Origin: Azolla caroliniana
Lineage: Eukaryota > Plantae > Polypodiophyta
Assembly: GCA_043228905.1 (NCBI GenBank)
Contig: JBHGNT010000007.1
Coordinates: 11,470,001-11,534,000 of the forward strand
Length of the DNA: 64,000 nt
Direction: 5' to 3'
A program made the position numbers and the translations under genes. Shown here piece by piece: positions 13,776-24,510 of the stretch. Below the pieces are notes generated by a model. It did no database searches. It had not been told where the DNA came from and worked only from the letters and a program-made list of their open reading frames with translations. Position 1 is the stretch's first letter. Each line of letters opens with the position of its first letter.

Positions 13776-13970
13776 GGTTGTGATGCGTCCATATTGATAT
13801 CTTCGACTGACGAAAATGTTGCAGAGAGGGATTTCGAGGAGAACCAGAGCCTGCGACAAGAGGGGTTTGATGCGGTGGACAACGCAAAGCACGCAGTCGA
13901 GAGCGTATGCCCTTCAATCGTCTCATGCGCTGACATTCTCGCCCTTGCTGCCAGGGATGCTGTCGTCCTG
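13776..13970 (+). CDS. Class III peroxidase, exon 2
   Basis: AG acceptor 13774-13775; GCDASILI..VESVCPSIVSCADILALAARDAVVL; 195 nt; GT donor 13971. Confidence 0.95.
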
Positions 13971-14413
13971 GTAAATCATCATCATCATCATCTCTCTCTC
14001 TAACTCTGTCTTAACTTCATGTATGTATGTATGTATGTATATATAGTACATGCATGCATGCATGGATATATGTACAGCTCCTTCCACACCGCACCACATC
14101 CTCAGCAGAACTCTCTTTTAAAGCCAGAATAAACATGAAGTTTGGGTAACTCTTCACCCAAGGAACTGCTGCACTTTCTCCATCAGTTCATACAGTAGAG
14201 TAGTAAGTATCACAGCACACTTGTCCATACATATATATGTACTTGTTGTCATAATAGTGGCCATCTACGTGACTTGACGACAATGATTCATTCAACCCTA
14301 CATCCTTATATTTTGAATCAAAGTGCAATATGGGGCGTTAAAAAAAACCTTCTTGGTTTACAACCAATAACTTTGAGAAAGATAGAAATATATCTTAAAA
14401 CGTTTTCTAAGAC

Positions 14414-14414
<1 letters not shown>

Positions 14415-14448
<34 letters not shown>
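14415..14448. repeat. (AG)n microsatellite in intron 2
   Basis: 17 AG units. Confidence 0.95.
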
Positions 14449-14453
<5 letters not shown>

Positions 14454-14765
14454 GAACGGAAGGCCTTTGGATCATTGGATCGATACAACACAAACCTTTT
14501 GAATGTACTGCTGCCCCACCACGCAACCCCATGTCCAACGGGTACAGGTCTTCTTCCATTTTTTGATATCTCATTCTCAATTTAGGATCCTATAGTAAAT
14601 TAATGCTACACACACATCATTAATCCACCCACTAAGATTGCTTAATACATATTTAAAGCTTCATCCTTCATTTTTTGTTGTAAAACAAAGTTTCACACGC
14701 TTTTGTTATATATAGTCCACAATAGTAATATAATACGGCATGCCATTTCCAATTGAACAAGTAAA

Positions 14766-15586
14766 TGAAAGAGTTTCACTCCGATTCGAAATCAGAAATT
14801 AAACTTAGACGCAAACAGAAATAAGAAAGAACACACAATTTACGTGGAAAACCCTGATTTAGGGAAAAACCACGGAACAGAGATTTCACTATGAGAAATG
14901 ACAGAATACAATCACAGAACAATGAAACCTGATTTGGTATGAGCATATACTGAAACCACGATTTCAGTCAAGCTCTTCAAACTCTAGCACGCATGTGACT
15001 ATTCCTTTCGAAGCTTTCGAAGCTTCTCTGTCTTTTTCTCTTTTGCTTCACACTTCTTTTCTTCTTACTTAGCTTCTGAGTACGTATACTCTTGCACAGC
15101 CACTACTGTGCAGAAAACCAGTCGTTCTCAGGTTCACCACGCACACCCTACTCGTTTTTCTCTCGGATATATATATATATATATCTCACACCCTCACACA
15201 CGTTATGTAGGTTTTTCCCCTTTTCTCACTATTTCACTCTTAGTGAGTTATCCCACATACAGGCGCACTACCAGGCCTGTTAGCATATATATACTAAGTC
15301 ATTTTCTTCTTTGTATGTAGAAGACATATGTATATGTATATGTGTGTCAATTCGATTGAGTACGAATTTGACTCTCTCACCGAATTCGATCAGCTAACCC
15401 CCAATTCGGTTCTTCACAACTGACTATTCTTTTGCTTTCCGAATTTCGACCAAATTCGGTAAATCGGTTTTTCGGCCGATTTCAATAATTCGACTCTTTT
15501 CGGCTTTTCGGCCGATTTCGACCAGTCGACACTCAAGTCGACTTTTCGGCCGACTCCCCCGCAAGGAGGGACGCCTTTACACAACA
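14766..15586 (-). repeat. 3' LTR of intronic copia
   Basis: Appears identical to 19642-20462. Confidence 0.97.
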
Positions 15587-18500
15587 AACTCCCCCTTCAC
15601 TCCTGTAGGGGGAGAACCAATCAAGCCAATCTTATTCCTGCATGCAACAAGTTTTTCCATAGGCAAAACTTTTGTGAGCATGTCTGAGCCATTTTCTTCA
15701 GTGGGGATCTTAGATAGAACAAACTCATTTTCTTCCACTCTTTCTCTTAACCAATGGTACCTTCTTTGAATGTGCTTTGTACGAGAGTGGTAGGTAGCAT
15801 TTTTAGCTAGATGGATAGCACTTTGATTGTCACAATGAAGTAAGTACTTGTCTTGCTTCAATCCTAGTTCATTCAAGAACTCTCTCATCCAAATCAGTTC
15901 TTTTCCGGCTTCCACTGCAGCCATATACTCAGCCTCGGTGGTAGACAAAGCCACAACCTTTTGCAATCTTGATTGCCATGACACAGCTCCCCCTGAATAC
16001 ATCATCACATACCCTGATGTGGATCGGCTAGAATCTACATCACCCGACATGTCAGAATCTGTAAAACCTTCTAGTACAGGTTTCCCGGAGCCATATCTAA
16101 GACATACATTCGAAGTTCCCTTGAGGTATCTAAGAATCCATTTCACAGCTTCCCAATGCTCCCTTCCAGGGTTTCCCATGTATCTACTAACTGTCCCGAC
16201 AGCGAATGCAATGTCCGGCCTTGTGCAAACCATAGCATACATAAGGCTACCAACCGCAGAGGCATACGGCACTCTTCTCATCTCTGCCTTATCTTTCTCA
16301 GATTTCGGACATTGTCCTGAATTTAACTTACAGTCCATTGGCAATGGAGATCCGACTGATTTTGCATCGCGCATATTAAACCTTTGCAAAACTTTTGTCA
16401 CGTATTTCTCTTGTGACAGCCATAGCAAGTTTTCAGTCCTGTCCCGGACTATATGCATTCCCAAAATCTGTTTTGCCGGTCCTAAGTCTTTCATGGCAAA
16501 TGATTTGCTCAATGATTTCTTCAAGCTTGCAATCTTTTTGACATCCTGTCCAACAACCAACATATCATCCACATACAACAACAGAATAAGAAAGTCACCC
16601 TCATTATACCTTTTCACAAATACACAATGATCGGCTTGTGTTTTGTGGAATCCATGTTCCAACATGAAGGACTCAAATTTCTTATACCATTGTCGTGGAG
16701 CTTGCTTTAAACCATACAAGCTTTTCTTCAACCTACACACGAGATTTTCTTTTCCTTTTACCTCAAAGCCCTCCGGTTGTTGCATATAGATTTCCTCTTC
16801 TAGCTCACCATGCAAGAAGGCTGTTTTAACATCTAGTTGTTCGATTTCAAGATTCATACTAGCTGCCATACTCAAGACAGTCCGAATAGAGGTCATTTTT
16901 ACAACTGGGGCAAAAATCTCATCGAAGTCAACACCCTTTTTCTGTTGGAAACCCTTTACGACGATACGGGCCTTATACCTGGGTGTACTACCATCTTCAC
17001 CAGTCTTTAATTTGTAGACCCATTTGTTTCTAAGTGCCTTCTTACCATCAGGCAACTCCATCAACTCATAAGTTAGGTTCTCATGCAAGGAATCCATTTC
17101 TTCTTGCATGGCATTATACCATTTCTCCTTGTGTGCATCAGTCATGGCCTCTTCATAGCATTCTGGTTCCCCTTCATCAGTCAAGAGAACATATTGACTG
17201 GCTGGATATCTAGAAGAGACCTTCCTTTGTCTTCGTGGATATCTTCTCCCTTCAATAATTGGCTGATGGCCGTTTTCTTCCAGCAACTCATCTTCCGACT
17301 CAGACTCGTGTGTATCAGTCAGATGTTGGGTGTCGACCGACTCAGATTGTTGTTGGGTATCGACCGACTCAAATTCAATTTCATTAGCCGATTGTTGTGT
17401 GTGAGTCGGATCGACTAGTATTGACTCCATAGTAGTGATCGATTTGGGAGACGACTCTGGTCTTTGTTGCTCCCAGTCCTCGATTGTCTTGTCTTCCATG
17501 AATATGACATCTCGACTTCTTATCACTTTCTTGTCACGAAGATCCCACATTCTGTACCCGAACTCGTCTTCCGAGTACCCCAAGAATATACAAGGTTTGG
17601 ACTTGCTGTCCAGTTTTGACCTCTGATCTTTAGCAACATGTACATAGGCCAAACATCCAAACACCTTTAAGTGCTGATAAGACACATTTCTCCTTGTCCA
17701 CACTCTTTGTGGTACATCCCCCTTCAAAGGCACTGATGGAGACCTGTTTATGAGATAAACAGCAGTCAACATTGCTTCAGCCCAATATGATTTTGGCAAT
17801 TTTGCATGTGCCAACATGCTTCTTACCCTTTCCATTATGGTCCGATTCATTCTTTCTGCTAGACCATTTAGCTCAGGTGTCTTCGGCACCGTATACTCAA
17901 GTTTGATGCCTTGAGTCTTGCAATACATTTCAAATTGGCCTCTATATTCGCCACCGTTATCTGTCCGGACAGCCTTCAGCTTTTGTCCGGATTCTCTTTC
18001 TGCCCTGGCATGAAACTCTTTAAAGACCGACAACACTTGGTCTTTAGACACCAGCACATAAGCCCACACTTTCCTACTGAAGTCATCAATAAATGTGACA
18101 AAGTATTGTCCTCCACGATGAGATGGGGCATCAACATAACATACATCGGTGTGCACCAGCTCTAAGGCATGCTCTCTCCTCATTGGAGGCCTAGAGTGAA
18201 ACGCTGTTCTATTTTGCTTTCCAGCGAGGCAATCCACACACCTTTCCAAATGCACTCCTTTCACCTCTGGTAGGAAATCCTTTTCCGCAAGGATATGCAT
18301 TCCCCTTTCACTCATATGTCCGAGCCTTTTATGCCACAACTCACCATCTGAGCCAGCCACTACATTTGCTTCCTCTCGACACAACTTCCCATGCATTACA
18401 TACAGTGTGTTCTGTTTTTGGGCTCGAGCCACGATCAGGCTCCCTTTACAGAACTTCCATGAACCATTTTGGAAGCCACCGCTGTACCCTTCATCGTCTA

Positions 18501-19614
18501 GCCGTCCAGCCGATATCAAGTTCAACCTGACATCCGGAACATGACGTACATCCTTCAACATTAACCTGCAGCCTGTAGATGTTAGCAAGCACACAGTTCC
18601 TATGCCCACAATCTTGCATTCCCCGTCATTTCCCATCTTTACATGACCATAGTCACCCGCTGTGTAGGATGAGAAACATTCTCTTTTGGGAGTTAGGTGA
18701 AATGATGCACCGGAATCCACTACCCATGAGCTCTCAGCACTTGCAAGATTCACACTAGCTTGTTCACATATGAACAACATCTCTTCCTCACTAGTTACGA
18801 TGGCTGAGGTATTTTTATCATCGGAGATTTTTCTAGGTTCGGTCTCATCAGCCATGCCTTTGTCCTTCCTAAGATGTCGACAATTCTTTTGGAAGTGACC
18901 AGGCTTCCCACAATAAAAACATGTAGGTCTTCCTCTAGATTTCGACCTAAACCTATCCCCATTTTCTAGACTTCTATGTTCTCTTCTACCTCTACTAAAT
19001 TCTTGGGTCACATTAGCCTCCGATTGAGATAAAGTACTTTTATCCTTTCTTCTTGTCTCTTCATTTAGAATACTCGTTTTTACTACTTGTAAGGATAAGT
19101 TGTCTTCTTTACATGAAGTGCTGAGTGTTACTATTAGGTTTTCCCAACTATCGGGTAGAGTACATAATAAAAGTGTGGCCTGCATACAATCATCTAGTGG
19201 GAACTTTGATGATGCTAACTGATTCACTAGTCCCATAAACACACTAATGTGCTCTACTATACTCTCCCCATCTACATACTTCAGTCTCACTATCTTCCTC
19301 ATCAAGAAGGTCTTATTTAAGGCATTTTTCCTTTCATAGAGGGCGGAAAGCTTATGCCATAGCTCGAAAGCATTTGTGTCACTCGCTACATGTTGTAGGA
19401 CACTAATGTCTACACATTGTCTTATGGTCGCCACTGCCTTCCTATTTAGGATTCTCCACTCCGAATCTATTACCCCCTTTGGTATATCCTTGTTTTCTAT
19501 GGGCTCATACAAGTCTTTTACTATTAGGAGATCTTCCATTTTGATCTTCCAATCTGAATAGTTCTGTGCGTTCAAGACAATCATCCCAGGAAAACCACTC
19601 ACGCTCCCTTCCAT
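15577..19614 (-). CDS. Copia gag-pol polyprotein, 1345 aa, uninterrupted
   Basis: Zn knuckle CFYCGKPGHFQKNC, protease VVDSGAS, GAG-pre-integrase WHKRLGH, integrase HTDVC/RTDNGGEY/NGLAERMN, RT LLYVDD, RNase H DNQSAI..RTKHI. Confidence 0.98.
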   Translation of the reverse strand: MEGSVSGFPGMIVLNAQNYSDWKIKMEDLLIVKDLYEPIENKDIPKGVIDSEWRILNRKAVATIRQCVDISVLQHVASDTNAFELWHKLSALYERKNALNKTFLMRKIVRLKYVDGESIVEHISVFMGLVNQLASSKFPLDDCMQATLLLCTLPDSWENLIVTLSTSCKEDNLSLQVVKTSILNEETRRKDKSTLSQSEANVTQEFSRGRREHRSLENGDRFRSKSRGRPTCFYCGKPGHFQKNCRHLRKDKGMADETEPRKISDDKNTSAIVTSEEEMLFICEQASVNLASAESSWVVDSGASFHLTPKRECFSSYTAGDYGHVKMGNDGECKIVGIGTVCLLTSTGCRLMLKDVRHVPDVRLNLISAGRLDDEGYSGGFQNGSWKFCKGSLIVARAQKQNTLYVMHGKLCREEANVVAGSDGELWHKRLGHMSERGMHILAEKDFLPEVKGVHLERCVDCLAGKQNRTAFHSRPPMRREHALELVHTDVCYVDAPSHRGGQYFVTFIDDFSRKVWAYVLVSKDQVLSVFKEFHARAERESGQKLKAVRTDNGGEYRGQFEMYCKTQGIKLEYTVPKTPELNGLAERMNRTIMERVRSMLAHAKLPKSYWAEAMLTAVYLINRSPSVPLKGDVPQRVWTRRNVSYQHLKVFGCLAYVHVAKDQRSKLDSKSKPCIFLGYSEDEFGYRMWDLRDKKVIRSRDVIFMEDKTIEDWEQQRPESSPKSITTMESILVDPTHTQQSANEIEFESVDTQQQSESVDTQHLTDTHESESEDELLEENGHQPIIEGRRYPRRQRKVSSRYPASQYVLLTDEGEPECYEEAMTDAHKEKWYNAMQEEMDSLHENLTYELMELPDGKKALRNKWVYKLKTGEDGSTPRYKARIVVKGFQQKKGVDFDEIFAPVVKMTSIRTVLSMAASMNLEIEQLDVKTAFLHGELEEEIYMQQPEGFEVKGKENLVCRLKKSLYGLKQAPRQWYKKFESFMLEHGFHKTQADHCVFVKRYNEGDFLILLLYVDDMLVVGQDVKKIASLKKSLSKSFAMKDLGPAKQILGMHIVRDRTENLLWLSQEKYVTKVLQRFNMRDAKSVGSPLPMDCKLNSGQCPKSEKDKAEMRRVPYASAVGSLMYAMVCTRPDIAFAVGTVSRYMGNPGREHWEAVKWILRYLKGTSNVCLRYGSGKPVLEGFTDSDMSGDVDSSRSTSGYVMMYSGGAVSWQSRLQKVVALSTTEAEYMAAVEAGKELIWMREFLNELGLKQDKYLLHCDNQSAIHLAKNATYHSRTKHIQRRYHWLRERVEENEFVLSKIPTEENGSDMLTKVLPMEKLVACRNKIGLIGSPPTGVKGEFVV

Positions 19615-19641
19615 CTAGAACCTTCTGCTCTGATACCAGTT

Positions 19642-20462
19642 TGAAAGAGTTTCACTCCGATTCGAAATCAGAAATTAAACTTAGACGCAAACAGAAATAA
19701 GAAAGAACACACAATTTACGTGGAAAACCCTGATTTAGGGAAAAACCACGGAACAGAGATTTCACTATGAGAAATGACAGAATACAATCACAGAACAATG
19801 AAACCTGATTTGGTATGAGCATATACTGAAACCACGATTTCAGTCAAGCTCTTCAAACTCTAGCACGCATGTGACTATTCCTTTCGAAGCTTTCGAAGCT
19901 TCTCTGTCTTTTTCTCTTTTGCTTCACACTTCTTTTCTTCTTACTTAGCTTCTGAGTACGTATACTCTTGCACAGCCACTACTGTGCAGAAAACCAGTCG
20001 TTCTCAGGTTCACCACGCACACCCTACTCGTTTTTCTCTCGGATATATATATATATATATCTCACACCCTCACACACGTTATGTAGGTTTTTCCCCTTTT
20101 CTCACTATTTCACTCTTAGTGAGTTATCCCACATACAGGCGCACTACCAGGCCTGTTAGCATATATATACTAAGTCATTTTCTTCTTTGTATGTAGAAGA
20201 CATATGTATATGTATATGTGTGTCAATTCGATTGAGTACGAATTTGACTCTCTCACCGAATTCGATCAGCTAACCCCCAATTCGGTTCTTCACAACTGAC
20301 TATTCTTTTGCTTTCCGAATTTCGACCAAATTCGGTAAATCGGTTTTTCGGCCGATTTCAATAATTCGACTCTTTTCGGCTTTTCGGCCGATTTCGACCA
20401 GTCGACACTCAAGTCGACTTTTCGGCCGACTCCCCCGCAAGGAGGGACGCCTTTACACAACA
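19642..20462 (-). repeat. 5' LTR of intronic copia
   Basis: Followed on the minus strand by TGGTATCAGAGC PBS. Confidence 0.97.
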
Positions 20463-20552
20463 GTAAATTCCAATATTCATAATTACTAACATGTGTGACA
20501 TAATATGTATGTATGTATGGATGCATGCTAAACTAATTTAATCATTTTCTAG

Positions 20553-21122
20553 AGCGGTGGGCCAAGCTGGGAGGTCCAACTTGGGCGTCGTGACGGGCTA
20601 TCATCAAATATAGAGGCAGTCTCCGGGCGACTTCCGGGTGCAAATTTTGATGTCCCACAACTAATTGCATCGTTCGAGTCTGTGGGTCTGTCTGCGACAG
20701 ATCTAGTGCTTCTGTCAGGGGCGCACACAATTGGCTTTTCGCATTGCCGCCAGTTCACTGATAGGCTTTACAACTTCCAGGGTGTGGCAGGACAAACAGA
20801 CCCTAGTTTGGACGTGAGTTTGGCATCCTCATTAGAGGCCAAATGTCCAAATAGAACCACTGATGACATCGTGGGAATAGATGCCACCTCTCCATTCACT
20901 TTCGACACTCACTATTACAAAGGCTTAGTCTCCAATCGTGGTCTTCTGTTTTCTGATCAGACCTTAGCGGCCCACCCCATCACAGCTCATGCCATTAACC
21001 AACTCGCAACCTCCTCTCCTGACCTCTTCTTCCAAAACTTCGCTAATTCTATGATTAACCTAGGTAATGTCGTTTCTGACTCTCCCGGAAATGTTCGAAG
21101 AGTTTGCAATGCTTTCAATTGA
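20553..21122 (+). CDS. Class III peroxidase, exon 3 (proximal His); spliced protein about 351 aa
   Basis: AG at 20551-20552; SGGPSWEVQLGRRDG..DLVLLSGAHTIGFSHC..DATSPFTFDTHYY..GLLFSDQTL..NVRRVCNAFN stop; in frame with exons 1-2. Confidence 0.95.
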   Translation, partial: SGGPSWEVQLGRRDGLSSNIEAVSGRLPGANFDVPQLIASFESVGLSATDLVLLSGAHTIGFSHCRQFTDRLYNFQGVAGQTDPSLDVSLASSLEAKCPNRTTDDIVGIDATSPFTFDTHYYKGLVSNRGLLFSDQTLAAHPITAHAINQLATSSPDLFFQNFANSMINLGNVVSDSPGNVRRVCNAFN

Positions 21123-22299
21123 GCTCGTTTATCTCTAATTAGTTAATCAGTCATATTCTTGACTACTTATATTTGTAACTATCATCCCCTTGATTTTGAG
21201 AAGCAAGTGTGTGTGTGTGTGAAGTTCTGGATCTTAATCTCGTATATTACTACAAAATAAATTGTAGGATAGAAAGAAGCGGAATAAATGGGGAATAAAT
21301 GGGTTGATCCTTGATTGATATTTATATGATTATGAATGTTGATTACAAGCACCCCCCATACCATTGATGCAAGACCTTAACAATTCACCCAACCCGCCCA
21401 TGCCCCTTTGCAATCTCTCTCTCTCTCTCTCTCTCTCTCGTTGCGACTGTATATATAAATTCCTTATAGCCTATACTTGCTTTTTAGTGGAGATATTTGA
21501 GTCTACATGATATTCTTGGATAGTTTGGCTCGTCCACTTTGGAGTTTAGATGAAGAAGTGATGAACATTCTTATCTATCGTAGACTTCTTATCTACGGCT
21601 TCTGTTTTTCTACTTTTTGACTTTTTTTGATAAAACACTCTTATCATTATCTTAGATCTATCCAACTTTCTTCTTCCATTGATTGTTGTGGTCATTGGAT
21701 CCTCAATATTGGTAGCATTCAACATATTTCCCACTATGTTTTATTAAAAACAAAACTTAACTTCACAATTAGACCTGTCATTGCATGTTACGCGGCTAAC
21801 CTTAAATAAAAAGAAGAGAGAAATCCTCGTTTGCCTCATAATACGTTAGCAATAAAGAATGATTATAAATACTAAGAAAATCTACCAAATTATTGTGAAA
21901 TTAAACCCTTACTAATCACCAGGAAAAAAACCTCACTCCAAAAAAACAAAATACATGACAATCATATTATAATATTCCCCTTTCCAAACAAGGAATATTG
22001 TTTCAATCAAGATTTGAGTGGAGAATAAACTTGGAGAAGAAATCAATTATTTGTCCCTCCTTATCCATTTTAGCAATGAAAGGTATCTCTATGATCCAAA
22101 TACTTTAGGCACCTCCCTCTCACACATAGTTCATGATGAATGTCATCTATGATATTGGGTTGATAATTTCCATTGACAAAGCAATCATGCATCAAAACAC
22201 GTTTTTTCAAATGATTCATAATCTTTTTGTCAATTTATATTGTCAAAATGATTTTCATAATAAAGGTCCAAGTAAAGAATACGTGTGCGGAAGTGTATG

Positions 22300-22510
22300 T
22301 GTAACACACAGTGTAGAGTCGGTTATTCGAAAATACGACAATTAGGTAAACATAGAGAGAGAGAGAGAGAGAGTAGACAACAATAATCTTCTATTATAAA
22401 ATGTTCTCTGTGTACTCGTTTACAACGAATGTGCTCAAACAACACTTTATATACAAGCCCTCATGAGTGGGCGTCACAAGTATTGACAAGTACTTGAATG
22501 CTCATTAACT
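22300..22510 (-). repeat. Inverted LTR remnant of the Bryco-like family
   Basis: Reverse complement contains gagcattcaagtacttgtcaatacttgtg..cttgtatataaagtg and a CT run, matching LTR motifs at 30120-30260; boundaries approximate. Confidence 0.65.
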
Positions 22511-22525
22511 CAGCCTATAATATTC

Positions 22526-24510
22526 TATTGAGTGGATAAGCTCAACCGGATCCAGATCGGTTGAATAAGCCAGAGCCGGATTGGTATCCGGAAACCGGAG
22601 AACCAGATCATACTCTGGGATAGTGTCAACCAGTAGGCCGTTCAAGGCTTGCGGTCTAAGCCTAGTACGTAGGCATATTCCTTGGAGTTAGTGTAGAGGC
22701 TCATTTATGAGCATCCAAGTACTTATGGTACTTGTGTCAGTCCGTGTAAGGACTTTTATAAAAGTGCTCTCAGAGTGCATTCTATTGTATTATTTTTGAA
22801 ATCAACTTTGGTTCTGCTCTCTCTCTCTGTCTCTCCCACGTATGTATGTGTTTAAGGTTTCCATTAAACCTTCATCTATGTTTTCTGTGGTCTGTTGCTA
22901 TCAAGACGAGCCGGTTGTCATAGTTTTCGCACACTATCGATTTCACATGGTATCAGAGTGCGAGGGTTAGAAATCCTCTACTGCAAACAGAAACCATTAG
23001 GTAGAAGAAAACCTATTTTTTGGTAAAAGAAACAGAGAAGAAGGAGAGAATGGACCGAGGAATGGCTAGCTTGCTCCCAACGGAGAAGCTCGACAGATCC
23101 AACTACGCATCTTGGTCGTACAAGATGCACCAGTACCTGCTTGGGCATGGCCACTGGAGTTATGTCGACGAAGCGAATGATACAACACCTGATGCGGCAC
23201 ACAAGGACTTTTTGGTTTGGGAACAAGCGGCAACCAAGGTAATGTATTGCTTCGTATCAAGTGTCGGTGATCAACTGCTCAGGCATAGATGCCAAAGGAA
23301 GCTTGGGGAAACCTAAAAAGGTCTTTTCCGCGAGCACCATGACCTGGAAGCTACAACTCTGATTAGAGTTGAGTAATGTCCAGTAGAAGGACAAGTCGGT
23401 GGCCGACTACACGGCTTAGATTAAAGACATCTCCGACTCACTTGCCTCTATCAACGTGACCATCAAGGAAGATGAGATGGTGCAGGTCTGTCTCGGGGGC
23501 CTAACGTCAAAGTTCGGAGCATTCCAGATGGATGGATGTACAAGGGAGAATACACCTTCCTTTTTTTTAATTACAATGGATGCTCCTTGTAAAGGAGAAC
23601 CATGCAGGTGTGTCGACGACCACGCACACCGACATCAAGATGTTGTACACGGATGCAGATAGGCCCTGTCGACATGGAGGTCAAGGAAGATCAATGCGCA
23701 ATGCAGGCGGCCGACAAGAGCAGAATTGGAGGCACAACGATGGTGTTGACAGCAACATCGGACCCTCCAGAAGGAAGGGGAGTCAAGGCGGCAGAGCTAG
23801 GAGCAGGCAAGGGAAGATCACATCGGACAGCTGGTATTGTGGCCGGAAAGGCCACAAAGAAATCGTGTGCTGGAAGAAGAGGGCTGATTCGGACAAAGCT
23901 GGATAGAGGTGGAAAGACGCGGATAGGCGTCATCGATCGCATTTCGTCCGAAGCTTGGAGAGAGCCAAGTTGGGGCCGACCGTCGTAATGAATGATAAGG
24001 CCAATAGAATGGTTGCATCTGACTTAAAGCCGGAGGAAGTTTGGTATGTGAACTCTAGAGCTTCCAACCATATGTCGAACCACAAAGAATGGTTCTCCTT
24101 TCTCGAAAAGCCGGAGAAGCCAGGGGTGGTCGAAACCAAAGACAACACCTCACATCCCATCAAGCATACCGGGGATGTCCCTTTGAGCCATGTCAGCCAG
24201 AAGGGAATCATGAGGAACGTCCTGTATGTTCGGACAATCACCAAGAACTTCGTGTCAGTCAGTCAGATCGTGGAACAAGGAATGCAAGTACGATTCACTC
24301 ACCACAGATGCCTCATCGAGGAGAAAGGTCAAATCATCGTGCAAGGGCACCGGGATGGAAGGATGTTTATCCTTGAAACCAATTATGTGGGCATTGCAAT
24401 TATGTGCGCACCGGATTTTTATGGCCGAGGCAATTCAGACAACCGTATACATTCAGAATCGGATATCTACCTCGGGCACAAAGGTGTCACCGCACAAATT
24501 GTACTTTGAA
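22526..24510 (+). mobile_element. Bryco-like copia remnant: 5' LTR (~22526-22947), PBS 22948, decayed gag-protease, short integrase piece
   Basis: TGGTATCAGAG PBS; MDRGMASLLPTEKLDRSNY; WYCGRKGHKEIVC; WYVNSRASNHM. Confidence 0.88.

Larger units (their letters stand above)
14766..20462 (-). mobile_element. Full-length intact Ty1/copia (Tnt1/Tork-like) in peroxidase intron 2
   Basis: 821-bp LTRs 14766-15586 and 19642-20462 (TG..CA), TSD GTAAA (14761-14765, 20463-20467), PBS tRNA-iMet 19627-19638, PPT 15589-15603. Confidence 0.98.

Noticed and set aside
15848-18165. Antisense ORFs over copia pol (also many at 41000-50000 and 58000-63600)
   Set aside because: Shadow frames of TE coding sequence with no independent motifs
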